From Candidatus Krumholzibacteriota bacterium (lineage in GTDB: Bacteria > Krumholzibacteriota > Krumholzibacteriia > JAJRXK01), in contig CAVSGG010000003.1 of NCBI GenBank assembly GCA_963727455.1, positions 96,001 to 160,000 on the forward strand: 64,000 bases of DNA, in the 5' to 3' direction. The notes below the pieces were generated by a model, which saw nothing but the letters and a program-made list of their open reading frames with translations, was not told where the DNA came from and made no database searches. Shown piece by piece: positions 46,708 to 56,622 of the stretch; position 1 is the first letter of the stretch, and the number at the start of each line of letters is the position of its first letter. A program made the translations under genes and the position numbers.

Positions 46708-48963
46708 TCAACAATTGGAGCCGATCCAATAGTCGGCGGCGACGGAGAGCGCGCGGCTGGCCCGGTCGATCTTGCGGTAGACCGGCAGACCGGCCCGTTC
46801 CAAGAGAAGCACGCTGGGATCATAGAGCCGGCCCGAGTCGATCACGACGACCATCGGCTTGTCGGTCTCCTTACTCACGCGGATGAATTCGCTGGGCAGA
46901 GAATTCATGGAGAAGATGTTCTCGCTGTGCTTTCCGCTGAGGTCGGGGGCCAGGATGTCCAAACCGGGGGTGGCGGGAATGGCCGAGACGACCAGCGCGT
47001 CCACCTCTTCCGCGTGCGCGAGAATTTCCACTGCCTTGATAAAGGGCCGCGTTCCTGCCATCGGGGTGGCATCCACCGGGTTGCCGACGTGCGCGATCTC
47101 GGGCAACACTTCGCGCAGCTGCTCGCGCGTCGTCTGCGAGAATTCGGTCAGTCTTAGCCCGTAGAGATGATCACTCACTGCTCCGGCTTCGAAGCCCGCA
47201 TTGGTGATGACGCCCAGGCGCCGGTCCTTGGCCCGCTTGCTCCCCAACATGGTGAGGATCTTGGTGTAGTCCTCGAACTGGTTGAGAGTCTCACAGACGA
47301 TCGCGCCGGCTTCCTTGAGCATGACGCGCGCGATCTCGTAGTCGCCGGCGATGCTCGCGGTGTGGCTGGCGGCAGCCTTGGCTCCACCCGCCGTCTTTCC
47401 CGCCTTGTACACGACCACCGCCTTGCCCTTTGCGGTCGCGGCTCGCACCAGGCCCAAGAAGCGCTCGCCTTCCAGGGGCTGGAAACCCTCGATGTAGAAA
47501 CAGAACACCTGTGTGTCGCTCTCGTACTCGAGGTAGTACTGCAAGAAATCGCTCGCGGTGAGATCCATCTCGTTGCCGTAAGAAATGGAGACGCGGGGAA
47601 AGATGATCCCGTCCAAGTTGGAGGTGAAGCTGACCAGGTACGCACCGGATTGACTGACCGCGACCAGGTTGGTGCCCGGAGCCTTGTGGAAGGGCAGCTT
47701 GTAGTGCGGAAGGAAGAAAGTGTTGTACTCGCGCTTGGAAACGATGCCCAAACAGTTGCCGCCGACCATTACCGGACCACCGTCGGGACGGCTGCGCGAG
47801 GAGGCCAGACTCTCCTCGATACGACTCGCGAGATCACCCTGTCCGGTCTCGGCGAAACCGCCAGGAATGAGAATGATGCTGCGCGTCTTGCCGGTGGCAA
47901 CCAACTCTTCGATCGCGTCGGGAGCGATGGGCGCGGGAATCGACACCACTGCCAAGTCGACCGGCTCGGGCAACGCCGCCGCGTCAGGCACACAGGGAAC
48001 CCCGTCGATGCGCTCGGCCTTGGGATGGATCGCCCACAGCTTTCCGTAGGTGATGCCCTCGCTACGCTTCAAATTGTCCAGGATGATCCGGCCCGCGTTC
48101 ATGTGCTTGGACGAGGCGCCGTAGACCACCGCGCTGCGCGGATGGAGTAGCTTCTCGATGTTGGCGATCGGACGTGGCGTGCGACCGGGCGCGGGGGTCG
48201 CTTCGATCGAGGCCAAGGCGTCCAGAGCCAAGAGCCGACCATCGCGCGCCACCACCGGATTCAGTTCCAATTCGGCGAGACGGGGCTGTCCGAGTTCGGT
48301 TCTTTCCTGAAAAATCTTGGCCAGGCGCTGCAGGGCGTCACCAAGAATGCTGGCATCCAGCGGGGCCGTCTTGTGCAGACGGCTCGGCGCGAGGGCGATC
48401 GCTCCCAGCGCGGAGGCTCTCAGGCAATCCATCTCCGTGTCTTTGTCGAAGGCGTCCACGCTCATGATCATGTGCGCGCGCCCCTGCGCGAGATCGCCGT
48501 ACCATTCGCTCAAGAGTCCACCCAGTCCAAACATGAGGTACGGTCCCATTGCGGGGTCGCGCCGCGCGCTCAGGATGAACTCACTGCCCGGAAGATCGGC
48601 CGGTAGCTGCACCCGCTCCACCACCAGGATGCCGACGAGCTGGGCTCCTTTGGCTTTGCTCTTGACCTCCTCGTACATCGTGTCCAGCGCGGCGCTGACC
48701 GCCGACGCCTCGCACGCCACCATGCGAACGCCTCCCACGTCGCTCTTGTGGAGGATCTGTGGCGACACGATTTTCAGCACCACCTCCTCGCATCGCAGAG
48801 CCTCCAACTGCTCGGCGCTCGGCTTTCGCCCCTGCTCTAGAAAGAAGTGCCGCGGAGTCTCGATGCCGATCTCCTCGAGGAAGGCATAGGCTTCTCCTTC
48901 GAACAGATGATCGCGTCCCTGTTGATGAACCCTCTGCAAAGTCTCCTGAAGGGAAGCGGACAT
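46708..48963 (-). CDS. ADP-forming acetate/acyl-CoA ligase, ATP-grasp domain N-terminal to CoA-binding domains
   Basis: LKIVSPQILHKSDVGGV, ELELNPV, VGGNCLG, VSQSGA, AAASHTASIAG, TNAGF, NPVD. Confidence 0.9.
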   Translation of the reverse strand: MSASLQETLQRVHQQGRDHLFEGEAYAFLEEIGIETPRHFFLEQGRKPSAEQLEALRCEEVVLKIVSPQILHKSDVGGVRMVACEASAVSAALDTMYEEVKSKAKGAQLVGILVVERVQLPADLPGSEFILSARRDPAMGPYLMFGLGGLLSEWYGDLAQGRAHMIMSVDAFDKDTEMDCLRASALGAIALAPSRLHKTAPLDASILGDALQRLAKIFQERTELGQPRLAELELNPVVARDGRLLALDALASIEATPAPGRTPRPIANIEKLLHPRSAVVYGASSKHMNAGRIILDNLKRSEGITYGKLWAIHPKAERIDGVPCVPDAAALPEPVDLAVVSIPAPIAPDAIEELVATGKTRSIILIPGGFAETGQGDLASRIEESLASSRSRPDGGPVMVGGNCLGIVSKREYNTFFLPHYKLPFHKAPGTNLVAVSQSGAYLVSFTSNLDGIIFPRVSISYGNEMDLTASDFLQYYLEYESDTQVFCFYIEGFQPLEGERFLGLVRAATAKGKAVVVYKAGKTAGGAKAAASHTASIAGDYEIARVMLKEAGAIVCETLNQFEDYTKILTMLGSKRAKDRRLGVITNAGFEAGAVSDHLYGLRLTEFSQTTREQLREVLPEIAHVGNPVDATPMAGTRPFIKAVEILAHAEEVDALVVSAIPATPGLDILAPDLSGKHSENIFSMNSLPSEFIRVSKETDKPMVVVIDSGRLYDPSVLLLERAGLPVYRKIDRASRALSVAADYWIGSNC

Positions 48964-49186
48964 GAGAAAGCTCCATGATCGTGAGGAAACTGGTCGTCGA
49001 GCGCGCCTAGCTAGAATCTCGGGCTGAAAGGAGCTGCTTCCAAGCGCTTTTTTCCAGGAAATGCAAGCCCGGTTCCGGGGCGTCTTTGAATCGCGCCGTC
49101 GCGCGCCGGTGGAGGCAAGTTCAAATCGCAGTTGCGCGCGCGGAGCGAGCTCCGGCAATGCAGATCGGAGCGAAGTTCAGCAAACG

Positions 49187-49216
49187 GAAGGCCCGGCAGA
49201 AAACTGCCGGGCCTTC
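49187..49216 (-). terminator. Intrinsic terminator of the OB-fold protein gene
   Basis: Perfect 13-bp stem GAAGGCCCGGCAG-AAAA-CTGCCGGGCCTTC about 45 nt after the stop; short T run on the minus strand. Confidence 0.7.
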
Positions 49217-49261
49217 GGTGTCGCTCGCAACCTAACCGCGCGGGGGAAAGACCCCGAACAG

Positions 49262-51208
49262 TTACTTCAACAGAGTGACCTTCTGCACCACACTCGATTC
49301 GGTCTCGAAGCGCAGGCGTACGTAGTACACGCCGCTTCCGACTGGCGCGCCCGAACCATCCCGACCGTTCCACGTGCGGGTTTGGTCTCCGGCGTCGAGA
49401 ACACCGTTGACAAGAGTTCGAACCCTCTCCCCCTTGACGTTGAAGATGGCGAGCTCAGCCATGCCCTTGCGCGGCAGATTGAACTCGATCTGAGTCATCG
49501 GGTTGAAGGGGTTGGGATAGATGCTCGTCAACGAAGCGCGACGCGTGGCGGGCGCTCCACTCTCGATACCGGTGGCGAAGAGCTGCAGATCGTTGTCGTC
49601 GCGCGGCGCGATCGCATTGCCGCCAAAACGCACGTCGAGCAGACCGGTCGCGATCTGTGTGTCGTCCGGCAGGGGCGCGAGGGAGACCGCAGTCATCGGG
49701 TTGGCCCGCAGCAGACTGTCGCTCACCGTGTCCTGCAGGTAGTAGTTGTCTGTCGCCGCGATGGTATCCACCACGGTCGACATGAAGCTGCGCACCATCA
49801 CGTATTCCAGCGCCTCCGTGGTGTCCAGGTCGGTGCTGGTGAATGCGAGAATGGGCGGCTGGGCGTTGCCGTAGCTGAGCACCTGGACCGCGTCGCCCCG
49901 CTGGGGATTGAGCTCGGTTCCGGTATCGAACTCGCTGATGGTTCCGGAAATCCTGACCATGTCGCCGCGGAAGAGCACGTTGCTCCCCGAACTCTCGTAG
50001 ACGAAGATTCCGCTCCACGGACCACCCTCAGGATCCTCGATGATCCACTGGCTGCCCGGAGAGTTCAGCTCGCCCGGCGCTACCGTCACGATGCCCTCCA
50101 CGTTGACCAGCTGGCCCGCGTAGGTGCTTCCGTTGGTGCCGTCCACGCTGGACTGGATATCCATGATGGAGGTGGTGCCTACCGCGAGATGCAGACTGGA
50201 GGCCGGCGCGTCGCCCGGCACGTTCGTGGTCTGGGCGCTGTTGTCCGTCGCAAGGATGTAGTACTCGATGGAAGCCATGCTGGTGCCCGGAATGGTGGCC
50301 TCATAGGTGTCACCGATCGTGTTGTTCATGGCCACCGAGCTGAAGCTCCCGCTGCCGCCATAGGCGTAGTAGAGCGTCGCCGCGGAGATGCTGCCGTTGT
50401 CGGTGATGGTGGCCGAAACGGTGACCGCCTCGTTGGTGTGCGGTGCCCAAGGCGAAGGAGTGATGTCGTTGACCACCGGGTAAGGATCGCCCGGGTTCTT
50501 CACCAGGTCGGTCTGATAGCGAGGCTTGAGTTCGATGAGGCCGTTGAAGGGCGAGAGAATCCCGGTGATCTGGAAGTGGTCGCCATTGCCCATGGAGGTG
50601 GCGTCGATGCCGGTGGTGCCGTCGACGAAGACGATGAGGGTGTCGCCCGAAACGTCGGTCAAACCCACCGTCCCCTGCTGGAAGGTTCCTCCACCCCAAG
50701 GCGGAGCCGCCACGTCGGGCAGAAACGCGATGTCACCGGTCACCGAGGCCAGCCAACCGATCACTTCGTAGTCGGCCGCGGTCTGGGTCCCGCTGCCGTC
50801 GTTGTCCAACGCTTGTTGGACGGTGTACACCTGCGGCGCGGGAACGGTAGAGGTGCCGAGGAAGGTGAGCGTGAGGCCCGAGCCGGTACCGAGATCGATC
50901 TCGCTACCGTTGAAGGATCCCACGTCGCCAGTGACCTCGACCGAGTCCCCGAGCGCGAATCCTGAACTGGTGCTGAAGAAGGTGATCCCGCCGGTGGGAT
51001 CTTGGACGTAGTGACCGCCGCTGTTGAGAACTCCGGCCGGCATGGTGATGACGCCACGAACGGTGACGACGTTACCTACGAGCGGAGAGGCCGGCGCGCC
51101 GGTGGCGTCGTAGGCCTGGATGTCATCGATGTTTGTGATTTGGGCGAATGCGGTGCTGGTGAGGCAGAGGAGCGCGCAAAGCGCGACTGCCAGCGTCGTT
51201 CGCAACAT
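49262..51208 (-). CDS. Secreted OB-fold repeat protein with FlgD-Ig/T9SS-like CTD
   Basis: Signal peptide; two IxDIQ..G.VxVxGxxT..GD.VxxxG..EF units; IELKPR and IAPRD; YPNPFNP..WNGRD..VGSGVY. Confidence 0.75.
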   Translation of the reverse strand: MLRTTLAVALCALLCLTSTAFAQITNIDDIQAYDATGAPASPLVGNVVTVRGVITMPAGVLNSGGHYVQDPTGGITFFSTSSGFALGDSVEVTGDVGSFNGSEIDLGTGSGLTLTFLGTSTVPAPQVYTVQQALDNDGSGTQTAADYEVIGWLASVTGDIAFLPDVAAPPWGGGTFQQGTVGLTDVSGDTLIVFVDGTTGIDATSMGNGDHFQITGILSPFNGLIELKPRYQTDLVKNPGDPYPVVNDITPSPWAPHTNEAVTVSATITDNGSISAATLYYAYGGSGSFSSVAMNNTIGDTYEATIPGTSMASIEYYILATDNSAQTTNVPGDAPASSLHLAVGTTSIMDIQSSVDGTNGSTYAGQLVNVEGIVTVAPGELNSPGSQWIIEDPEGGPWSGIFVYESSGSNVLFRGDMVRISGTISEFDTGTELNPQRGDAVQVLSYGNAQPPILAFTSTDLDTTEALEYVMVRSFMSTVVDTIAATDNYYLQDTVSDSLLRANPMTAVSLAPLPDDTQIATGLLDVRFGGNAIAPRDDNDLQLFATGIESGAPATRRASLTSIYPNPFNPMTQIEFNLPRKGMAELAIFNVKGERVRTLVNGVLDAGDQTRTWNGRDGSGAPVGSGVYYVRLRFETESSVVQKVTLLK

Positions 51209-51371
51209 TCTCGTGATGCCTCCTGCGATGAATCGGATGAGCTGAATCGAGAGAGTGAAGCTCTGGCTGCAAACCCGCGATCTTCGTTATTCCAGTGGAC
51301 GCCTACACGCGCTTGGAGGGAAATCTCCAGCCGCCGCGAACCCTAAATGCGTCCTATAGGAAATCAGTGGC

Positions 51372-51401
51372 AGTATAGCACAAGAATTTGTCGCCACTCA
51401 A
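51372..51401 (-). promoter_or_regulatory. Sigma70-type promoter (extended -10)
   Basis: TTGAGT-N18-TATACT with TGn before the -10. Confidence 0.5.
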
Positions 51402-51617
51402 ACTCGCTTCCGGCTCCGACGCCGCGGGGACGCCGTCGGGCGGCACCGCGAGAACGGCGGGCGCGGAGGGGAGACCCTAAGCGCAAGCGGGACACTCCCT
51501 TTCCCCTTCGCAGCGTATCGCGTCCGGCGCGGCCCCGACCCCGGTTTTCACGAGAATTTCACGCGATTTCCATGGGCTGTGGCGCCTCGGCGGCGTGGCC
51601 GCACCGTCCGGGCGCGC

Positions 51618-52037
51618 TCAGTCGCGCGAGGCGCCGCTCTCCATGGCGCGCGCAAGGCGCTCCGCGAGCAACGGAGTCTCGCGCGCAAGCAGCGCGTGAA
51701 GTTCCGCCAGCGGCAGGATCAATACGCGGCAACTGGAGATCGCTTCCACGTAACCTTCGGTGAATGGACCATCGGCGCGCGCGTGCTGTCCGAAGAGTTC
51801 GCCTTCCTCCAAAATGCCGGCCACGACTTCGTGTCCGTCGGGGCCGAAGGTGTTGACGCGGACGCGTCCCGCGCGCACCAGATACACGCGGCCCCCTTCC
51901 TCTTCAGGGCCGCACAGAATCTGTCCCCGAACGCAGTCCCAGGCGGTCCCCGCCTGCAGGAGCCGGCGCCATGCGCTCTCCTTGAGCTGGCGCACGAGCG
52001 GGCGGTGCTTCAAGAGCCAAAGTCTGCTGCGAATCAT
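51618..52037 (-). CDS. Stand-alone cyclic-nucleotide-binding (Crp-like) domain protein
   Basis: RBS GAGGAGG; VYLVRAGRVRV..DGHEVVAGILEEGELFGQ; ends before any HTH. Confidence 0.7.
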   Translation of the reverse strand: MIRSRLWLLKHRPLVRQLKESAWRRLLQAGTAWDCVRGQILCGPEEEGGRVYLVRAGRVRVNTFGPDGHEVVAGILEEGELFGQHARADGPFTEGYVEAISSCRVLILPLAELHALLARETPLLAERLARAMESGASRD

Positions 52038-52294
52038 CGACCTCCTCTGAGGGCGGGTCCGATCCCGCCGAACCCGTGCAGGTGGAAGCGAACTCCCCCT
52101 GGGCAAGCGCGCCATCGCGCGCGAGCAGCAGTTCGTTCCAGCGAGCCGGCGAGACTTTCGGGCCCTGGGGCCTGAACCTATCTTGGATCCGGCGCTGGAA
52201 AACAAGGAGCGGTCCCCGCCAGCCGACATCCACTCAGCCATCTTCCGCAAAGAGCCCATTAGGGGCAAGCTGAAGACTCGGCGGGAGCGAGCGT

Positions 52295-53224
52295 ATGTTT
52301 CTTCCCCTCAAGGATCACAACCCAACCACCCTCCGGCCCTTTGTGACCATCGGGCTCATCGCGCTCAACTGTTTTGTCTTCCTCATCGAACTCGGCCACG
52401 GACCCAGTCTACCCTACTTCCTCGCCCGCTGGGGCGCCGTCCCCTACGCCTTCACGCACTTTGGCGGGGTTGTGACCGTGGGAAACAACCTTCCCGCGAC
52501 GCCGGCAGCCGCGCCCTTCTGGATCACCGGAATCACCAGCATGTTTCTGCACGGAGGATGGGCCCACCTTCTGTTCAACATGCTCTTTCTGTGGATTTTC
52601 GGAAACAACGTGGAGGATTTCCTGGGCCATTTGCGCTACCTGGTCTTCTACATCGTCACCGGTCTCGTGGGGCTTTACACCCACGTAATGCTCCACCCCT
52701 CCTCCACCATTCCGGTGGTGGGAGCCAGCGGCGCGATCAGCGGAGTGTTGGGCGCCTACATAGTTCTCTATCCGCGGGCGCGCGTCACCACTTTGCTCTT
52801 TCTGCTCTTCTTCGTGACCTTCATCGAGGTGCCTGCGGTCGTGCTTTTGGGCTTCTGGATCATCTTGCAACTCTTCTCCGGCCTGGGAAGCTTGGGCCAT
52901 AGCGGAAGCGGAACGGCCCACTGGGCCCACATCGGCGGCTTTGCGGCCGGCTACCTCACTTTGCGCTTCTGGCTGGCCAAGGACTTGGTGTTGGCGCGAC
53001 GACGCGTCGCCTCGGGACCGGCGGAGGGCACTGCGAACGGCGACCCCTTCGGGAAGGGCTTCGCGGCGGCGCGGGCGCGCCGGAGTTCCTCGACCCCGCC
53101 GGGCTTTTTCACCTCCGACAAGGACTATCCTCCGCCACCTCCCAAGGTGGGGCATCGTTTCGGCGGCGATCCCATCGGGAACTTTCTCGAGGAAATCGAG
53201 CGGGAGAAGGAGGACGATTCCTGA
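52295..53224 (+). CDS. Rhomboid family intramembrane serine protease
   Basis: MFLHGGWAHLLFNMLFLWIFG, GASGAISG, AHWAHIGG. Confidence 0.93.
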   Translation: MFLPLKDHNPTTLRPFVTIGLIALNCFVFLIELGHGPSLPYFLARWGAVPYAFTHFGGVVTVGNNLPATPAAAPFWITGITSMFLHGGWAHLLFNMLFLWIFGNNVEDFLGHLRYLVFYIVTGLVGLYTHVMLHPSSTIPVVGASGAISGVLGAYIVLYPRARVTTLLFLLFFVTFIEVPAVVLLGFWIILQLFSGLGSLGHSGSGTAHWAHIGGFAAGYLTLRFWLAKDLVLARRRVASGPAEGTANGDPFGKGFAAARARRSSSTPPGFFTSDKDYPPPPPKVGHRFGGDPIGNFLEEIEREKEDDS

Positions 53225-53232
53225 GGCGCGGA

Positions 53233-54666
53233 TCAACGTTTGCGCAGTAGCCGCACCGCCTCCTGAAGCTCCTTCACGCTGTTCACGCGCAGCACCGTCA
53301 ATACCAAGAGCCACCCCAGCGCGCTCAGGCCCGCGCGCAGCCACAGCGCTTGCCCCCGCAGAACCACAGTGATTGCAATCGCGGCGGCCAGGGCCGAGAG
53401 CGCGCCGCCGGCCGAGGACCACAACGGCACTTTGAATCCCGCTCGACGGGCATAATAGAAATAGAGGGCCAGCGTCAGACCATAACTCGCGAAGGTGGCC
53501 AGGGCCGCACCTTGAATCCCCATGCGTGGAATCCAGAAGGCATTGAGGATCACGTTTGTCACGATTCCGATGGCGCCGATGGGAAGCAGATCGCGCTCGC
53601 GATCGGCTGCGAAGAGGAGGCGCACCATCATGTGACAACCGGCCTGCAGGGCGATCGCCCAGGCCAGGATGCGCAAGGCGCCCACCGCGGGCGCGAACTC
53701 GCTTCCGGCCATCACATGCACGATGAAAGGGGCGAAAATCCACACCAAGAGCGCCAAAGCCGAGCAAAAGACCAGGGTAAGTCGTGTGCTGCCGCCGATC
53801 AGCGCGACGGTCGGCGTCTCGCCTTTCTCCCGTGCCAGCCGCAGCTGCGGATAGACCGCGGTGGCGAGAATGCGCGGAGCGAGCACGACCACGTCGATCA
53901 CACGCACCGCGACCCCGTAATATCCCCAAAACCGCTCATCCACCATTCGGCTCAACATGAGAATGTCGATGCGGTGAAAGAGCAGGCTCAGCACGGTGGC
54001 GCCCATCAGAGGTACCGCGGCGCGCATGAGCCGTCGAACTTCGTCGTTCTCGACCTCGCGCACCGAGAGCCGGCCGAAGTTCCTCCGCAGGAAGCTCGTG
54101 CCCACCAGAGTGCGCACCAAGCAGCCCAGGGTGATTCCAGTCACGAATCCCAGAATGCCGAGTCCGAAGAGCAAGGCGGCGGTGGCGAACACGAAGATGC
54201 TGGCCGAGGAGAGCAGCATCGTGCGCGTGATGTAGTCCATGCGCTGGGCGCCCTGAAACACGGCGTCCGCGATGTCACTGATGTTCTCCAGGAAGACGAT
54301 GGTCCCCAGAATGAGAACCACGTGCAGCACGGCACTCGGGTAGTGCAGTTTCCACACCGCGAGGATCAAGAGGCCGTAGGCCACCGCGGACAGGAGGGTC
54401 TTGACCGCGGCCGCGGCCGAGGCCACGCGCGTCGTATCCCTGCGATCGTCCGCGACCTCGCGGGTAACCAGATAATCCAGGCCGCCGCCGGCCAGAGTTC
54501 TTCCGACTTCGATGAAGGTATTCCCGGCCGTGTACAATCCATAGCCCGCCGCGCCGAGGATGCGCGTGGCGAACATGGTCAAAAGGATGCTGAAGAACTT
54601 CGACGCGCCGTGGGCGAGGCTCAAGAATACGGTGTTCCGCGCGATGCGCCCTCGGTCTGCCATCAT
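53233..54666 (-). CDS. Polysaccharide flippase (Wzx/MATE-like)
   Basis: RIARNT, RILGAAGYG, IDILML, NVILNAFWIPRMGIQGAALAT; 12-14 TM segments. Confidence 0.9.
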   Translation of the reverse strand: MMADRGRIARNTVFLSLAHGASKFFSILLTMFATRILGAAGYGLYTAGNTFIEVGRTLAGGGLDYLVTREVADDRRDTTRVASAAAAVKTLLSAVAYGLLILAVWKLHYPSAVLHVVLILGTIVFLENISDIADAVFQGAQRMDYITRTMLLSSASIFVFATAALLFGLGILGFVTGITLGCLVRTLVGTSFLRRNFGRLSVREVENDEVRRLMRAAVPLMGATVLSLLFHRIDILMLSRMVDERFWGYYGVAVRVIDVVVLAPRILATAVYPQLRLAREKGETPTVALIGGSTRLTLVFCSALALLVWIFAPFIVHVMAGSEFAPAVGALRILAWAIALQAGCHMMVRLLFAADRERDLLPIGAIGIVTNVILNAFWIPRMGIQGAALATFASYGLTLALYFYYARRAGFKVPLWSSAGGALSALAAAIAITVVLRGQALWLRAGLSALGWLLVLTVLRVNSVKELQEAVRLLRKR

Positions 54667-54673
54667 TCCCCGT

Positions 54674-56404
54674 TCAGAAGGCCTGTCCGACTCCGATGCT
54701 GACAACTGGCGCCGATCGATGCGTGGAATAGAGGATCGGCCAGGCGAAGTCTACACGGAGTGGCGCATTGAGCGAGGCCCGATCCATGCCCAGGCGAAAT
54801 CCGAAACCCAGGGCCCCGCGCATATCGCCCAGCAGGAGATCGTGCTCGTCCTCGAACCATGCGGTGCCGAAGTCGGCAAACGCCGCCATGCCGGGCGTCA
54901 CCAGACTGCCAAAGCCGGAGCGATACACCCAGCGCATTTCCAGGTTGGCTCGTAAAAGACGATCTCCCGCGTATTCACTGGGTCGGGCCGAACGCAATCC
55001 ATTGTCGATCCCCAGAGTATAGACCGAGTTGCGGTCGAGGTTGCTGCCGGTGGCCGCGAGTATGGAACCGGCGGCGCTGAAGGCATCAGAAAAATATTGG
55101 TTCACCCGCGCGCGGAAGCTGCCCCGCATGTTGGGATCGCTGCCCGCGGCCAGATGTCCCGTAGCAGATGCATCGAGCCGAACCACGGTGCCTCCGGAAA
55201 TGATGTTCCACTGCTCCATTCCCGAAAACCAGGAACCATCGAAACTGCTGCCCAGGCCACGGCTGATCCAGCCCAAGGCCAGAGAGAGCTGGTGCCCCTT
55301 GGCGATGTCCTCGCGCTGGCCCATGCGATCCAGATAGCGCCGGGAGGCGTAGTGCAGGGGCGTGCGATCGAGGCTCACGATCGGTCCGAAGACATCGCGA
55401 TTCTCGGCGAATTTGCCGGTGAGATCGATGCTGTCCACGGCATTCCCGGATGGATCGTAGATCGGTGCCGCAGCCAGGGGACTAAAGCGCTGGGTCTCGA
55501 CCCGGAGCCCGACACCAAGGCGCAGTACTCCCTCGCCCCAGCGCCCGCTCCGGCGCTGCAGCTCGAGCCGCGCCTGGGAGAAATCGCCGTGCGGGCGTAC
55601 GTATTCATCGCCGCTCAGGTAGTAGCGGGGGGAGGTTCCCGCGTGCAGGTATTGGGCGCGCCATGCCCACTGCGATTCGAGCTGAAAGAAGGGGCGATCC
55701 AGATGCCAGGCGAAGGAGCCTCCGTCGGAGGCGTCGCTGTAATCGAGCCCGCCGTCCCACTTGCCGTCGAAAAGGTGGCGGTCGCGGTACCCCAGTTCCC
55801 AGCTGATGCGGTCGAGATCCTCGTTGCGCGCCACCGAGGCCTGCCGTCCCGTGCCCAAGAGGTTGGACTCCATTGCGCGGAACGAGAGCAGGGTTGTGTT
55901 CTCGAACTTTTCGAAGCGAATATCGAAGTTCGTGGTCCAGACCTCTCTCGTGTGCACGTAGAGGTCGACGCTGTCCGGGGCCACGTGCTCGGTCTCCAGG
56001 CTCACTTCCACCAGGTAACCGGTGCGGCGCAGTTTGCGCTCGCTCTCGGCGAGGAGCGCCGGGTCGGCCCGATCGCCCTTGTGGACCAACAGCTCGCGGC
56101 GGATGGTCCTCTCGCGCGTGTCGATGTGAACGGCGTTCACCAGGCCCAGGGGCAACCAGGGGACGCGGGCCTGATCCATCTCGGTGAAGATGGGTTCGCG
56201 TTCGTAGATCACCTGCCGGATGTAGGGCGCGGGCGGACTGGAGCGTTCGGCGGCCCACGCCACCCCACCAACGCTGAAAAGGCACAGGAGCAGGACCAGG
56301 GCCGCATTCCACGCAGGAACGCCCCTCCCTTGCGCTTGCTCCCCCCGTGACGGCCACCCGGGATTCGAGACTGACATTTCCGTCCAGATCGTAAGAGGTG
56401 TCAT
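54674..56404 (-). CDS. Omp85/BamA-TamA-like outer-membrane protein
   Basis: POTRA-like TRERTIRRELL..ESERKLR; ESNLLGTG; NGLRS; FADFGTAW; LRVDFAWP; C-terminal GQAF. Start uncertain (56377 possible). Confidence 0.8.
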   Translation of the reverse strand: MTPLTIWTEMSVSNPGWPSRGEQAQGRGVPAWNAALVLLLCLFSVGGVAWAAERSSPPAPYIRQVIYEREPIFTEMDQARVPWLPLGLVNAVHIDTRERTIRRELLVHKGDRADPALLAESERKLRRTGYLVEVSLETEHVAPDSVDLYVHTREVWTTNFDIRFEKFENTTLLSFRAMESNLLGTGRQASVARNEDLDRISWELGYRDRHLFDGKWDGGLDYSDASDGGSFAWHLDRPFFQLESQWAWRAQYLHAGTSPRYYLSGDEYVRPHGDFSQARLELQRRSGRWGEGVLRLGVGLRVETQRFSPLAAAPIYDPSGNAVDSIDLTGKFAENRDVFGPIVSLDRTPLHYASRRYLDRMGQREDIAKGHQLSLALGWISRGLGSSFDGSWFSGMEQWNIISGGTVVRLDASATGHLAAGSDPNMRGSFRARVNQYFSDAFSAAGSILAATGSNLDRNSVYTLGIDNGLRSARPSEYAGDRLLRANLEMRWVYRSGFGSLVTPGMAAFADFGTAWFEDEHDLLLGDMRGALGFGFRLGMDRASLNAPLRVDFAWPILYSTHRSAPVVSIGVGQAF

Positions 56405-56622
56405 GTCATTGTGACAGTATGCGGGGTGTCGCTGTCAGCATTCGGCGCCCGTCCAGCGCGGAGCTTACCCGCGGGTGGAGTTCTAAGTGAAGGGTGCACA
56501 ATCCCTTAGAGGATGGCAAGCAAAGCCTTTCGTCCTTGGCATCCAGTTTGATATGGCATGAAGACGAGCGCAGGACAAAACAAACCCCTCGCACTGCGGC
56601 GAGAGACGAAAGGAACGAAATC

